A stretch of 64,000 bases of DNA from assembly GCA_040752415.1 (NCBI GenBank), contig JBFMGU010000005.1:2988-66987 (forward strand). Direction: 5' to 3'. This document shows positions 6,793 to 14,574 of the stretch, in pieces. How positions within the stretch are numbered: position 1 is the stretch's first letter; each line of letters starts with the position of its first letter. The stretch comes from Myxococcota bacterium (GTDB lineage Bacteria; Myxococcota; JACRCW01). Position numbers and translations under genes: made by a program. Below the pieces are notes generated by a model. The model made no database searches, was not told where the DNA came from, and saw nothing but the letters and a program-made list of their open reading frames with translations.

Positions 6793-9678
6793 TCAGGCCT
6801 TCGCCAGGTCGACGGTGGCTTCGTAAGCGTGCTGGTTCCCGTCCCAGTTGGTGCCGAACTTCAGGTGACCCCAGCCGTCGCTCACCTCGAGCAGGTTGAG
6901 CATGTCCCCCACGAGCAGGTTGTGACCCTTCTTCCGTCGGTACATGAACGGTTCCCAGCCATGCTCCATGACGACGGCATCGGGAGGCACGCCCGGTGCA
7001 ATCTTCGCCATGAGCACCACGTCGCCCATGTCGTTGAACATGCGGACTTCGTCTCCGTCGGAGATGCCGCGAGCACGGGCCACGTCCGGGTTGATCATCA
7101 CGTACGGGCGACCGCCACGCTGCAGGCGTTGCAGGATGGGTGACGTCTTGTACATGGAGTGGATGGACCAGCGCGCGTGCGGCGTCATGAGCAGGAACGG
7201 GAAGCGCTTGGGACGAATGGGCTCCCGCGCGGTGGGCACATGCGCGCCGGTCTCAATCCATAACGGGTGGTCCACGTAGAAGGTCAGCCGCCCCGTCACC
7301 GTCTCGAAGCGATGGCGCAGGAACAGCTGGCTCTCGAACGTGTTGTACGGCTTGTCCTTGTACAGCGGTGACGTCTTGCCCGCCTTCTCGTTGAGCACCA
7401 GGAAACCGCCGCGCTCCACCACCGTCTTCGGTGTGTTCGGCTTGAACTGGTCCACGTGTTCCAGCGCATACTCCACGGCGTCGCGGTCGGAGCGGATGCG
7501 TCCGTCCAACGTGTATTCCTTCACCAGCTCATCCATCGCGTGGAAGCCGGACTGCGTGTGCGCGGCGTCGGGAATGCGGATGTAACGCTGGTCTCCCGTC
7601 TCGCGGTGCTTGCGGGTGGCAATCTCCTGCAGCTTCTCGACGAGCAGGACCGCGATCTCCCACTCCGACTTCGCCTCACCCACGCGCTTCAAGCCAGCGG
7701 GAGGCACCGCCAGGTTGGCGAAGCGGTGATAGCCGGGATTCGTTCGGATGTCCCACGTCTCATAGTGGGAGGCGCAGGGCAGCAGGATGTCCGCGTAGGT
7801 GGCAAAGTCGCTCATGCGCACGTCGCCATACGCAATGAACCTGGCCTTCTTGAGGAACGCCTCCTTGTAGCTGCCCTTGTTGCGTCGGAAGCGGGAATCC
7901 GCGAACAGGAGGAACGTCTCCACCGTGGTCCAGTACGGCTTGCCCTGCTTCTCACCGGGGTCATTGGCGCTCTTGTCCAGCAGCGCCTGCACCTGCTTGC
8001 GGTACTCCGCCTTCCCCTGCCCGGTGCTGCGACGCACGTCCTCGTCGGCGAAGTGCTTCTCGTAGTCGTTCATGCCTTCGCCCAGCACGAACTCACTGAC
8101 GAAGCCGGAGGCAAAGCGGTGCGTGTAGCGACCGTCGAAGCCGGAGAGTCCCTGCAGCCCGGTGATGTTCCACTCGTTCTCGGTGTTGAGGCCGCCATTC
8201 GGACCCAGCTTGCCGGTGAACGCGGCCAGCGCCGCAATGGCACGCTGGGAGAGCATCCCATTGAAGTGCTTACCCACCGCGAAGCCCATGGTGATGACGC
8301 CATTCTTCGCCGTGGCCAGGTCGTGCGCCAGCTCGTCGACAATCCGGGGATGCACACCGGTGAGCCTGGCGGTCTTCTCCGCGCTGAAGCGACGCAGCTC
8401 CTCTTTCATGACGGAGAACGCCGTGGTGACCTCCACCTCCTTGCCGTCCTTCAGCCTGAGCTTCCAGCGTCCATCCAGCGCGGGGTTCACCTTCCAGGAG
8501 ATGTCCTCCAGCCGCAGCGTGTCGACGGTACTTCCCTCACAACCGGGAAGGGGCGTGAACTTCTTTGTCCTCGTGTTGAACGCCAGGAAGACCTCATGGT
8601 CCTTGGCGCCCTCCCCCGCGAAGATGGCGCGGAGGGCCTTGTCAAAGCGCGGGTCCCCCTCGTCGACATCGTGGAGGCGGACCAGCTCCCGGGTGTCCAG
8701 TCGCACCAGAAGCGGGAGATCGGTCAGCTCCTTGAGGTGGCGTTCCTGGTAGAGCTTCTTCTCGATCATCCGCTGCAGGATGGCCAGCGCGAGGTGACCG
8801 TCGTAGCCGGGCTTGAGCGGGACCCAGAGGTCGGCGTGGATGGCGGTGGAATTGAACTCCGGAGTGATCACCACCACCTTGGAGCCGTTGTACTTGCCCT
8901 CCCAGATGTAGTGCGCGTCGGGGATGCGCGACGTGTTGGGGTTGCAGCCCCAGAAGATGGAGAGGTTGGTGGTGTAGAGGAAGTCGTAGGTGCAGCCGAT
9001 GTTCCCTTCGCCGTAGACCACCGACGCGCCGGGAAACATGTCTCCCACGTAGCTGGCAATGTACGGACGCACGGCCCCTAACAGCGTGCCCAGCCGCTTG
9101 ATTGACGCAGCGCGCGCCTCGGTGAGCAGACCCGCGCCGACGTGGATGTAGTTTCCCTCCGGGCCCTTCTCCAGCATGGTCTTGTAGAGCTGGTTCGCCA
9201 CCTCGGTGAGGGCTTCATCCCAGGAGATGCGCTTCCACTTTCCCTCCCCGCGCTCCCCCATGCGCTTCATGGGGTACAGCAGGCGGTCCGCCTCATACAT
9301 GACCTGCGAGTGCTGCACGCCCTTGTTGCAGCCGCGCGGGTTGGCGTCGGGAATGTCCGGAGCAATCTGCGGATAGGAAGCGGACTGGTTCTCCCGCGTG
9401 ACCCGCCCGTCCTGGACCCAGACTTCCCACGCGCAATTCCCCTGGCAATTCACGCAGTGGTACGCAAAACCGTGGGCCTCACCGTCGCCATACGTGCCGG
9501 CAAACTCCTGGCGATAGAGATCTTCGGTGGACTTCGTGTCCGGATAGGCGGTGCGCGGGTCGTCCACGCGGACCGGGTGGGGAAGCGGCTGTTCCTGCTG
9601 GGCCACCGCGCGACTCGCGGCGCCCGCCGCCCCCACTGCCAACAGGTTCTTCAGGACGTCACGACGGGAAAATGGCAT
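6793..9678 (-). CDS. Type II DMSO reductase family Mo-bisPGD catalytic alpha subunit, Tat-exported (Ser/Clr/Ddh/Ebd-like; substrate unknown)
   Basis: SRRDVLK Tat signal; FS0 motif HCVNCQGNC...NPRGCNKG; likely Asp Mo ligand in SYVGDMFPG; WGCNP; TPHARWSIHS. Confidence 0.93.
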   Translation of the reverse strand: MPFSRRDVLKNLLAVGAAGAASRAVAQQEQPLPHPVRVDDPRTAYPDTKSTEDLYRQEFAGTYGDGEAHGFAYHCVNCQGNCAWEVWVQDGRVTRENQSASYPQIAPDIPDANPRGCNKGVQHSQVMYEADRLLYPMKRMGERGEGKWKRISWDEALTEVANQLYKTMLEKGPEGNYIHVGAGLLTEARAASIKRLGTLLGAVRPYIASYVGDMFPGASVVYGEGNIGCTYDFLYTTNLSIFWGCNPNTSRIPDAHYIWEGKYNGSKVVVITPEFNSTAIHADLWVPLKPGYDGHLALAILQRMIEKKLYQERHLKELTDLPLLVRLDTRELVRLHDVDEGDPRFDKALRAIFAGEGAKDHEVFLAFNTRTKKFTPLPGCEGSTVDTLRLEDISWKVNPALDGRWKLRLKDGKEVEVTTAFSVMKEELRRFSAEKTARLTGVHPRIVDELAHDLATAKNGVITMGFAVGKHFNGMLSQRAIAALAAFTGKLGPNGGLNTENEWNITGLQGLSGFDGRYTHRFASGFVSEFVLGEGMNDYEKHFADEDVRRSTGQGKAEYRKQVQALLDKSANDPGEKQGKPYWTTVETFLLFADSRFRRNKGSYKEAFLKKARFIAYGDVRMSDFATYADILLPCASHYETWDIRTNPGYHRFANLAVPPAGLKRVGEAKSEWEIAVLLVEKLQEIATRKHRETGDQRYIRIPDAAHTQSGFHAMDELVKEYTLDGRIRSDRDAVEYALEHVDQFKPNTPKTVVERGGFLVLNEKAGKTSPLYKDKPYNTFESQLFLRHRFETVTGRLTFYVDHPLWIETGAHVPTAREPIRPKRFPFLLMTPHARWSIHSMYKTSPILQRLQRGGRPYVMINPDVARARGISDGDEVRMFNDMGDVVLMAKIAPGVPPDAVVMEHGWEPFMYRRKKGHNLLVGDMLNLLEVSDGWGHLKFGTNWDGNQHAYEATVDLAKA

Positions 9679-9694
9679 GGCAGCTCACGGGGGC

Positions 9695-10156
9695 TCAGAG
9701 ACAACCGCCTCCCGCGCCAGGCTTGGGCGGGGAGTACTCACCGGAATCCTCGGGCAGGCCTGCTTCACTCCATGCCTTCATCCCGCCGGCGAGGTTGCGG
9801 GCATTGACGAAGTAGCCCAGGCATTTCCCGTGTTCCGCCCGGCTCCCCTCGTCGGAGACCACCACGGTGGGAACCGACGGCAGGATGCGTTCCTGGATGA
9901 CCTCGGGAACCGCCTTGGCGTCACAACCGGGGAACGGGATGGCCCCGGGAATGTGCGTGCCCTCGTAGTTCTCCGACGGATCCGGGCGCACATCCACCAC
10001 CTGCACCTGGGCGCGGGCCAGCGTTTGATAGAGCTCCTTCGGCGTCAGCGGCAGCTGCTGCTCCAGCCTCGCCTGACGTCGACCTTCCGCGACGTTCAAG
10101 AAGCCCAGCACCAGGATCAGGACCGCGTAGCCCACGGGTTCCAGGACGCGCTTCAT
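9695..10156 (-). CDS. Membrane-anchored rhodanese-fold protein with C-terminal PPKPGAGGGCL tail
   Basis: N-terminal TM helix; VVDVRP, THIPGAI, LAGGMKAW rhodanese signatures; active-loop position reads VVVSDEG (no Cys). Confidence 0.85.
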   Translation of the reverse strand: MKRVLEPVGYAVLILVLGFLNVAEGRRQARLEQQLPLTPKELYQTLARAQVQVVDVRPDPSENYEGTHIPGAIPFPGCDAKAVPEVIQERILPSVPTVVVSDEGSRAEHGKCLGYFVNARNLAGGMKAWSEAGLPEDSGEYSPPKPGAGGGCL

Positions 10157-10284
10157 GGCGTTGCTCCTTGCCCGCTGGTGGCCACCTTCTGCTCCAGCTC
10201 GGCGTTGTGACGACGCAGTCCAAGCCAACCCACCAGCAGCCCGACGATGACACCGACGAAAAGCACGCGAACGGATTTCTTCAT
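10153..10284 (-). CDS. 43-aa single-TM membrane peptide
   Basis: MKKSVRVLFVGVIVGLLVGWLGLRRHNAELEQKVATSGQGATP; fills the operon gap; ATGA overlap with the downstream gene. Confidence 0.6.
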   Translation of the reverse strand: MKKSVRVLFVGVIVGLLVGWLGLRRHNAELEQKVATSGQGATP

Positions 10285-10294
10285 CGCTTCGCCC

Positions 10295-11422
10295 TCAGTC
10301 GTAGACGCGGTCGCCGCGGAGCTGCGCCTGGGTGAGATCCAGGGAGCGCAGGACCAGGAGGCGTGCGTTGGACGTCGCCATGGACGCCGCAAAGAAAGTT
10401 CCCGCCATGGCCAGGCTACCCAGCGACAACGTGGGCCACGCGGAGATGAACGCACCGGTGGTGCATCCGCCGCCAATCATGGCTCCCAGGCACATCACGG
10501 TGGTGGCGGAGAACGTGGTGATGATGGCCTTCACGTCGAGCACGCGCTCCACCGGCTGGGCCACCGCGGCCCGGGACGGGATGGAGAACATCCGCGCGAG
10601 ATAGCCGCCAGGAAGCAGTCCCACGAAGAGCGCGGCGCGCCACAGGATGTCGTCGTTGATACGAGGCACCAGCTCCAGCGGATGGCCCACCAGGTGGAAC
10701 ACCCAACCCACGAATGCCAGCACACCGCCGGAGAACCCCAGGTAGCCGCCCTGCCACGTGGCCATGACGACGAGGATTCCCGCCACGGTTCCCGCCGCGC
10801 CCCAGCTCCACTCGCCACGGATGTAGTCCATCACCGTGGTGCGCTCGCGCGCGGGTTCATACGAGGCTTCCGGTGTGAGCCGGTCCACCACCAGCGCAAT
10901 CACCATGAACAGCCCACCCCACGCCAGGGCCAGCGCGCCATAGGGGAGTCCCAACACGCCGTGCAGCGTCAGCGGCTTCTGGTTGACGGCGATGATGCCC
11001 GCGTTGGTGAGCGGATCCTTTAGCGCCGCATAGAGCAGCACCCCGACAAACAATCCCACCGTGGCAGCGGTGGCAACCCACTTCTTCTCCCCGCCCCGAC
11101 CGCCCGCCTTGGCAACACAGGTCCCGGGGCACAATCCGGAGACGCCCATGGCCGCACCAAACAGCACACCGCCGAGGACGTGGGCGTAACCCAGGAACGG
11201 CATGACGCGGGGCACCAGGCCAAGGCCCTCGGAAACACCCAGCGCGGCAGCCAATCCGTAGAGCAAGGAGGCCACGCCAATCGCGGTGAATGCGAACTTC
11301 ATGACCTTCGTGTCGCGTAGGGTGAGCATCCCCATGACGCGCGAGTACCGGGTAGCGCCCACCTTGTAGAGGACGACCCCAAACGCCATCCCCGTCATGG
11401 CCCCTTTGACGAAAGCAAGCAT
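10295..11422 (-). CDS. YeeE/YedE family sulfur-compound (thiosulfate-type) transporter, two fused halves
   Basis: Multiple TM helices; GGVLFGAAMGVSGLCPGTC and GAMIGGGCTTG motifs. Confidence 0.9.
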   Translation of the reverse strand: MLAFVKGAMTGMAFGVVLYKVGATRYSRVMGMLTLRDTKVMKFAFTAIGVASLLYGLAAALGVSEGLGLVPRVMPFLGYAHVLGGVLFGAAMGVSGLCPGTCVAKAGGRGGEKKWVATAATVGLFVGVLLYAALKDPLTNAGIIAVNQKPLTLHGVLGLPYGALALAWGGLFMVIALVVDRLTPEASYEPARERTTVMDYIRGEWSWGAAGTVAGILVVMATWQGGYLGFSGGVLAFVGWVFHLVGHPLELVPRINDDILWRAALFVGLLPGGYLARMFSIPSRAAVAQPVERVLDVKAIITTFSATTVMCLGAMIGGGCTTGAFISAWPTLSLGSLAMAGTFFAASMATSNARLLVLRSLDLTQAQLRGDRVYD

Positions 11423-11440
11423 GCCGTCCTCCCTGGGTTC

Positions 11441-12388
11441 TCACTGCTGCGGCGTGCCCAGCGGCAGCGACTCCGTGTTGCCCCACTCATTCCACGAGCC
11501 CACGTACAGCTTGGTGTTCGCGTGACCGGCCTTGCGCAGCGCCAGGTACTGGAAGGATCCGCGGCCCAGTCCCACGTGGCAGTAGCTGATGACCGTCTTG
11601 CTCGGGTCGTAGCCATTCTTCTTGAGCTTCTCGAGCTGCTTCTTGAGATCGTCGGCGTCGCGCAGCGTCGGCTTGTCCGCATCACCGCCCTTGTTGCCGG
11701 CGTACTTGCTCCACGGGGAGAACACCGCGGTGGGGATGAATCCGCCGCGAGCCACCGTGACCTCCTTGCCGGGAGACTTCATGCCCGCCTGCAGCGTCTT
11801 GCCGGTGTACTCATCCAGGTTGTGACGCGCGTCGACGATGAGATAGTGCGCACCGTCGCCCGTGGCCTTCTTCACCTCGTCAACCGAGGCGATCATGTCC
11901 CACTGGACACTCGGTGTGAACGTCTTGGCCGCCGGCTTCTTGGCCGCGCCGGTCTCCAGCGCGCCACCATGCGCCTTCCACGTGGCCAGGCCTCCGTCGA
12001 GGATCTTCACGTTCTTGTGACCGTAGAGCGCCAGCAGGAACCAGTTGCCGCTCGCGTTGACGCCGGCGCCCCCGTCGTAGACCACCACCTGCGTGTTGGC
12101 GTCGATCCCCAACTCGCCGCCAATCAGCTTGGCCGCGTTGGGCTCACACAGCGGGAGCCCCTTGCACGCGCGCACGTCGTCCAGCAGCGGAATGTCATGC
12201 GCATACGCCACCACGGAGCCGGGAATATGGCCCTTCTCGAACTCCTTTTCAGCGTCGGAAAAGACGAAGCGGACCTCCGGCTTGCCGGCCAGTGCCTTGG
12301 CTTCCTCCACGCTGATGAACAGCTCGTCCGCGCGCGCGGATGGCGCCACCAGGAGTCCCACGACGGTCAGGAACAACGCCTTTTTCAT
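11441..12388 (-). CDS. Periplasmic tandem-domain rhodanese/sulfurtransferase
   Basis: Sec signal (…PSARA); GHIPGS; LDGGLATW; catalytic YCHVGLGRGS; LYVGSWNEW. Confidence 0.9.
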   Translation of the reverse strand: MKKALFLTVVGLLVAPSARADELFISVEEAKALAGKPEVRFVFSDAEKEFEKGHIPGSVVAYAHDIPLLDDVRACKGLPLCEPNAAKLIGGELGIDANTQVVVYDGGAGVNASGNWFLLALYGHKNVKILDGGLATWKAHGGALETGAAKKPAAKTFTPSVQWDMIASVDEVKKATGDGAHYLIVDARHNLDEYTGKTLQAGMKSPGKEVTVARGGFIPTAVFSPWSKYAGNKGGDADKPTLRDADDLKKQLEKLKKNGYDPSKTVISYCHVGLGRGSFQYLALRKAGHANTKLYVGSWNEWGNTESLPLGTPQQ

Positions 12389-13092
12389 TTCGCCTTTCTC
12401 CTTCTTGAAACAGAGGTCGCGGACACACCCGGACGAGGTGCCTTGCGCCCCCGCGGGCGGTACGCCGCCACGTCGGGAAAACCGAGATCAAGGTGCCGCG
12501 CCTGGAAGCCCACGGAAGCCAGGAGATTCACGGCCTCCAGGGCCATGGGGCAGTAGGGACCGCGGCAATAGGCCACCACTTCGCGTCCTTTAGGGATCTC
12601 CGCCAGACGACGACGCAACTCATTGAGCGGGATGCACAGCGCGCCCGGCAGGTGCCCGGATTGGAACTCCTCCGACGGACGGACATCCAGCAGCGTCACC
12701 TCGTCCGCCTCAATCCGCGCCAGGAGCTCTTCGCGCTCGTCGTCCGCCAGCGTCTTCAGCGCGCCGCGCAGCCGGTCCATCTCCGGCAGCCGGACCTCCG
12801 CCAGGCCGCGCAGCGCCGCAAAGAACGCCGACACGGACTCATCCGCCAACCGATAGATCACGCGCTGGCCTTCCTTGTGTGACTCCACCAGGCGCGCCGC
12901 GCGGAGCTGCTGCAGGTGCTGGGAGGTGTTGGTGAGCGCAACGCCCGCCGCTTCCGCCAGGGTTTCCACGCTGCGTGGCCCCTGACGCAGGAGGTCCAGG
13001 AGACGCAGACGGATGGGATTGGCGAGCGCACGGCCGATGCGCGCGAGGTTGCTGTAGTGGGCGAGCGCCAGGGCGCGAAGGTCATTGTCCAT
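12385..13092 (-). CDS. ArsR/SmtB family regulator fused to a rhodanese domain
   Basis: LANPIRLRLLDLL...SQHLQQLRAARLV HTH; LDVRPSEEFQSGHLPGA; YCRGPYC. Confidence 0.93.
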   Translation of the reverse strand: MDNDLRALALAHYSNLARIGRALANPIRLRLLDLLRQGPRSVETLAEAAGVALTNTSQHLQQLRAARLVESHKEGQRVIYRLADESVSAFFAALRGLAEVRLPEMDRLRGALKTLADDEREELLARIEADEVTLLDVRPSEEFQSGHLPGALCIPLNELRRRLAEIPKGREVVAYCRGPYCPMALEAVNLLASVGFQARHLDLGFPDVAAYRPRGRKAPRPGVSATSVSRRRKAK

Positions 13093-13105
13093 TTGCGAAT
13101 TCTCT

Positions 13106-13127
13106 TATTCCATGATTCTATGGAATA
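13106..13127. promoter_or_regulatory. Palindromic operator, probable site for the ArsR-rhodanese regulator
   Basis: Perfect 8-6-8 palindrome TATTCCAT-GATTCT-ATGGAATA in the AT-rich divergent intergenic gap. Confidence 0.7.
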
Positions 13128-13176
13128 CGTCAAGAACGTTCCCGCGCGGTCCCGTCCGCGTGGGCAGGAGGCCTCC

Positions 13177-13578
13177 ATGACCCGTCATTTCCAGCAGCTC
13201 AGCGCTGCTCTGCTTCTCTCCGCGGCCGCGGCCATCTCCCTGGCTGCTGACGTCGCCAAGCCCCCCAAGCCCACGAAGGAGCTGCTGGACAAGGGGAAGG
13301 CCGTCTACACGGTCAACTGCGTGCTCTGTCACGGCGAGAAAGGCGACGGGAACGGTCCCGCGGGCGTTGCGCTCAACCCCAAGCCCAGGGACTTCAACAA
13401 GGATCCCTTCAAGCAGGGCACGCAGCCGGCGGACGTGTTCAAGACCGTCACCGCGGGCGTCGCGGGGACCACCATGGTGGGCTGGCCGCAGCTCTCCGAG
13501 GAGGACCGCTGGGCGGTGACGTATTACGTGCTGGAGATGTTGCCCAAGGACAAGAAGAAGGCGCCCGCCAAGCGCTGA
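13177..13578 (+). CDS. Periplasmic monohaem cytochrome c
   Basis: Signal peptide; CVLCHGEKGDGNGP...PKPRDF...GTTMVGW; GGAGG RBS. Confidence 0.9.
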   Translation: MTRHFQQLSAALLLSAAAAISLAADVAKPPKPTKELLDKGKAVYTVNCVLCHGEKGDGNGPAGVALNPKPRDFNKDPFKQGTQPADVFKTVTAGVAGTTMVGWPQLSEEDRWAVTYYVLEMLPKDKKKAPAKR

Positions 13579-14574
13579 TCAACGTTGCCCACTCGCTGGC
13601 GGAGAAAGCTGCTCCAGCGCGCGACGGACCTCGGTGACCAGGACGTCCCGTCGCCACTCCGCGTCTCCCGGCACGTTGGGCAGCGGGTGACATTGACGTC
13701 GCGCCACTTCCGCCACGTCCCTCCTCACCGCATCATCCCAGCTGCTCCCCGCGTACTGCTCCAGTCCCTTGAGCACCCTGGGCTGTGCCGCCAGCGCGGA
13801 GACCACCACGCAAAGGCTCACCACGCGCCCGTCGGGATCCAGGCGAAGCGCGGCCGCCACCGCCAGCAGTGGAAAATCAATGGCACTCCGAGATGCCAGC
13901 TTCCGGTACGAGCTCCACGCGGGCTGGGCGCAGTCCGGAACACGCACCTCGGTGACGATCTCGTCGTCGCGTTTGGCCACGTGTCTCGCCCCGTCCGCCA
14001 CGTAAAGCTCCGCCAACGGCAACGCGCGAACGCCGCGTGACGACGTCAGGACGACCTGCGCTCCCAGCGCCATCAGTGCCGGAGGCGTGTCCGCCGTGAA
14101 CGCCGCGACGCATCGCCTGCCGCCGGGAACCACGTGGCAGACGTCGCCGTCCTTCCGCAGGCAATGCCCCAGCGCCGCCCTCCAGAACGCGGACTGGTTG
14201 TAATAGACGCACCGTGTGGGCAGACAGAGATTGCCTCCCAGCGTTGCCGCATTGCGAATTTGCGGGCTCGCCACGACGGAAGCGGCCTGGGCAACCGCCG
14301 GCGCATGGCGCGTCACCACGGGCTCCTCGGCCAGGCGGGAGAGGGTGACGCCCGCGCCGATCACCAACGTGCCGTCGTCCTGGATGCGGATGTGTCGGAG
14401 TGCGTCAATCCGTGAAAGGCTCACCAGGACCGACGGCGACGCCAGGTCGTTCTTCAACGCGGGGAGGAGATCCGTTCCGCCGGCCACAAGCTGTGCGCCT
14501 GGCGTGCCTAGAGCCCTCAAGGCCTCATCCACCGTGCTCGGTCGCACGACGTCAAACGCGGGCAGCGGCAGCAT
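13579..14574 (-). CDS. hcrB: 4-hydroxybenzoyl-CoA reductase beta subunit (FAD, extra 4Fe-4S)
   Basis: AGGTDLLP, IRNAATLGGN, Cys insert CVYYNQS...CLRKDGDVC...C; GGAGG RBS; operon context. Confidence 0.85.
   Translation of the reverse strand: MLPLPAFDVVRPSTVDEALRALGTPGAQLVAGGTDLLPALKNDLASPSVLVSLSRIDALRHIRIQDDGTLVIGAGVTLSRLAEEPVVTRHAPAVAQAASVVASPQIRNAATLGGNLCLPTRCVYYNQSAFWRAALGHCLRKDGDVCHVVPGGRRCVAAFTADTPPALMALGAQVVLTSSRGVRALPLAELYVADGARHVAKRDDEIVTEVRVPDCAQPAWSSYRKLASRSAIDFPLLAVAAALRLDPDGRVVSLCVVVSALAAQPRVLKGLEQYAGSSWDDAVRRDVAEVARRQCHPLPNVPGDAEWRRDVLVTEVRRALEQLSPPASGQR

Noticed and set aside
6793-9678. Naming the alpha subunit narG, serA, clrA, pcrA or ebdA
   Set aside because: Family motifs are clear but substrate is not. 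It is shorter than NarG and lacks narJ/narI, chlorite dismutase and delta genes.
4145-9697. Selenocysteine read-through at the TGA after both GCL tails
   Set aside because: TGA is the dominant stop in this high-GC DNA. One TGA overlaps the next ATG, the other read-through is out of frame with alpha, and no SECIS-like hairpin was recognised.
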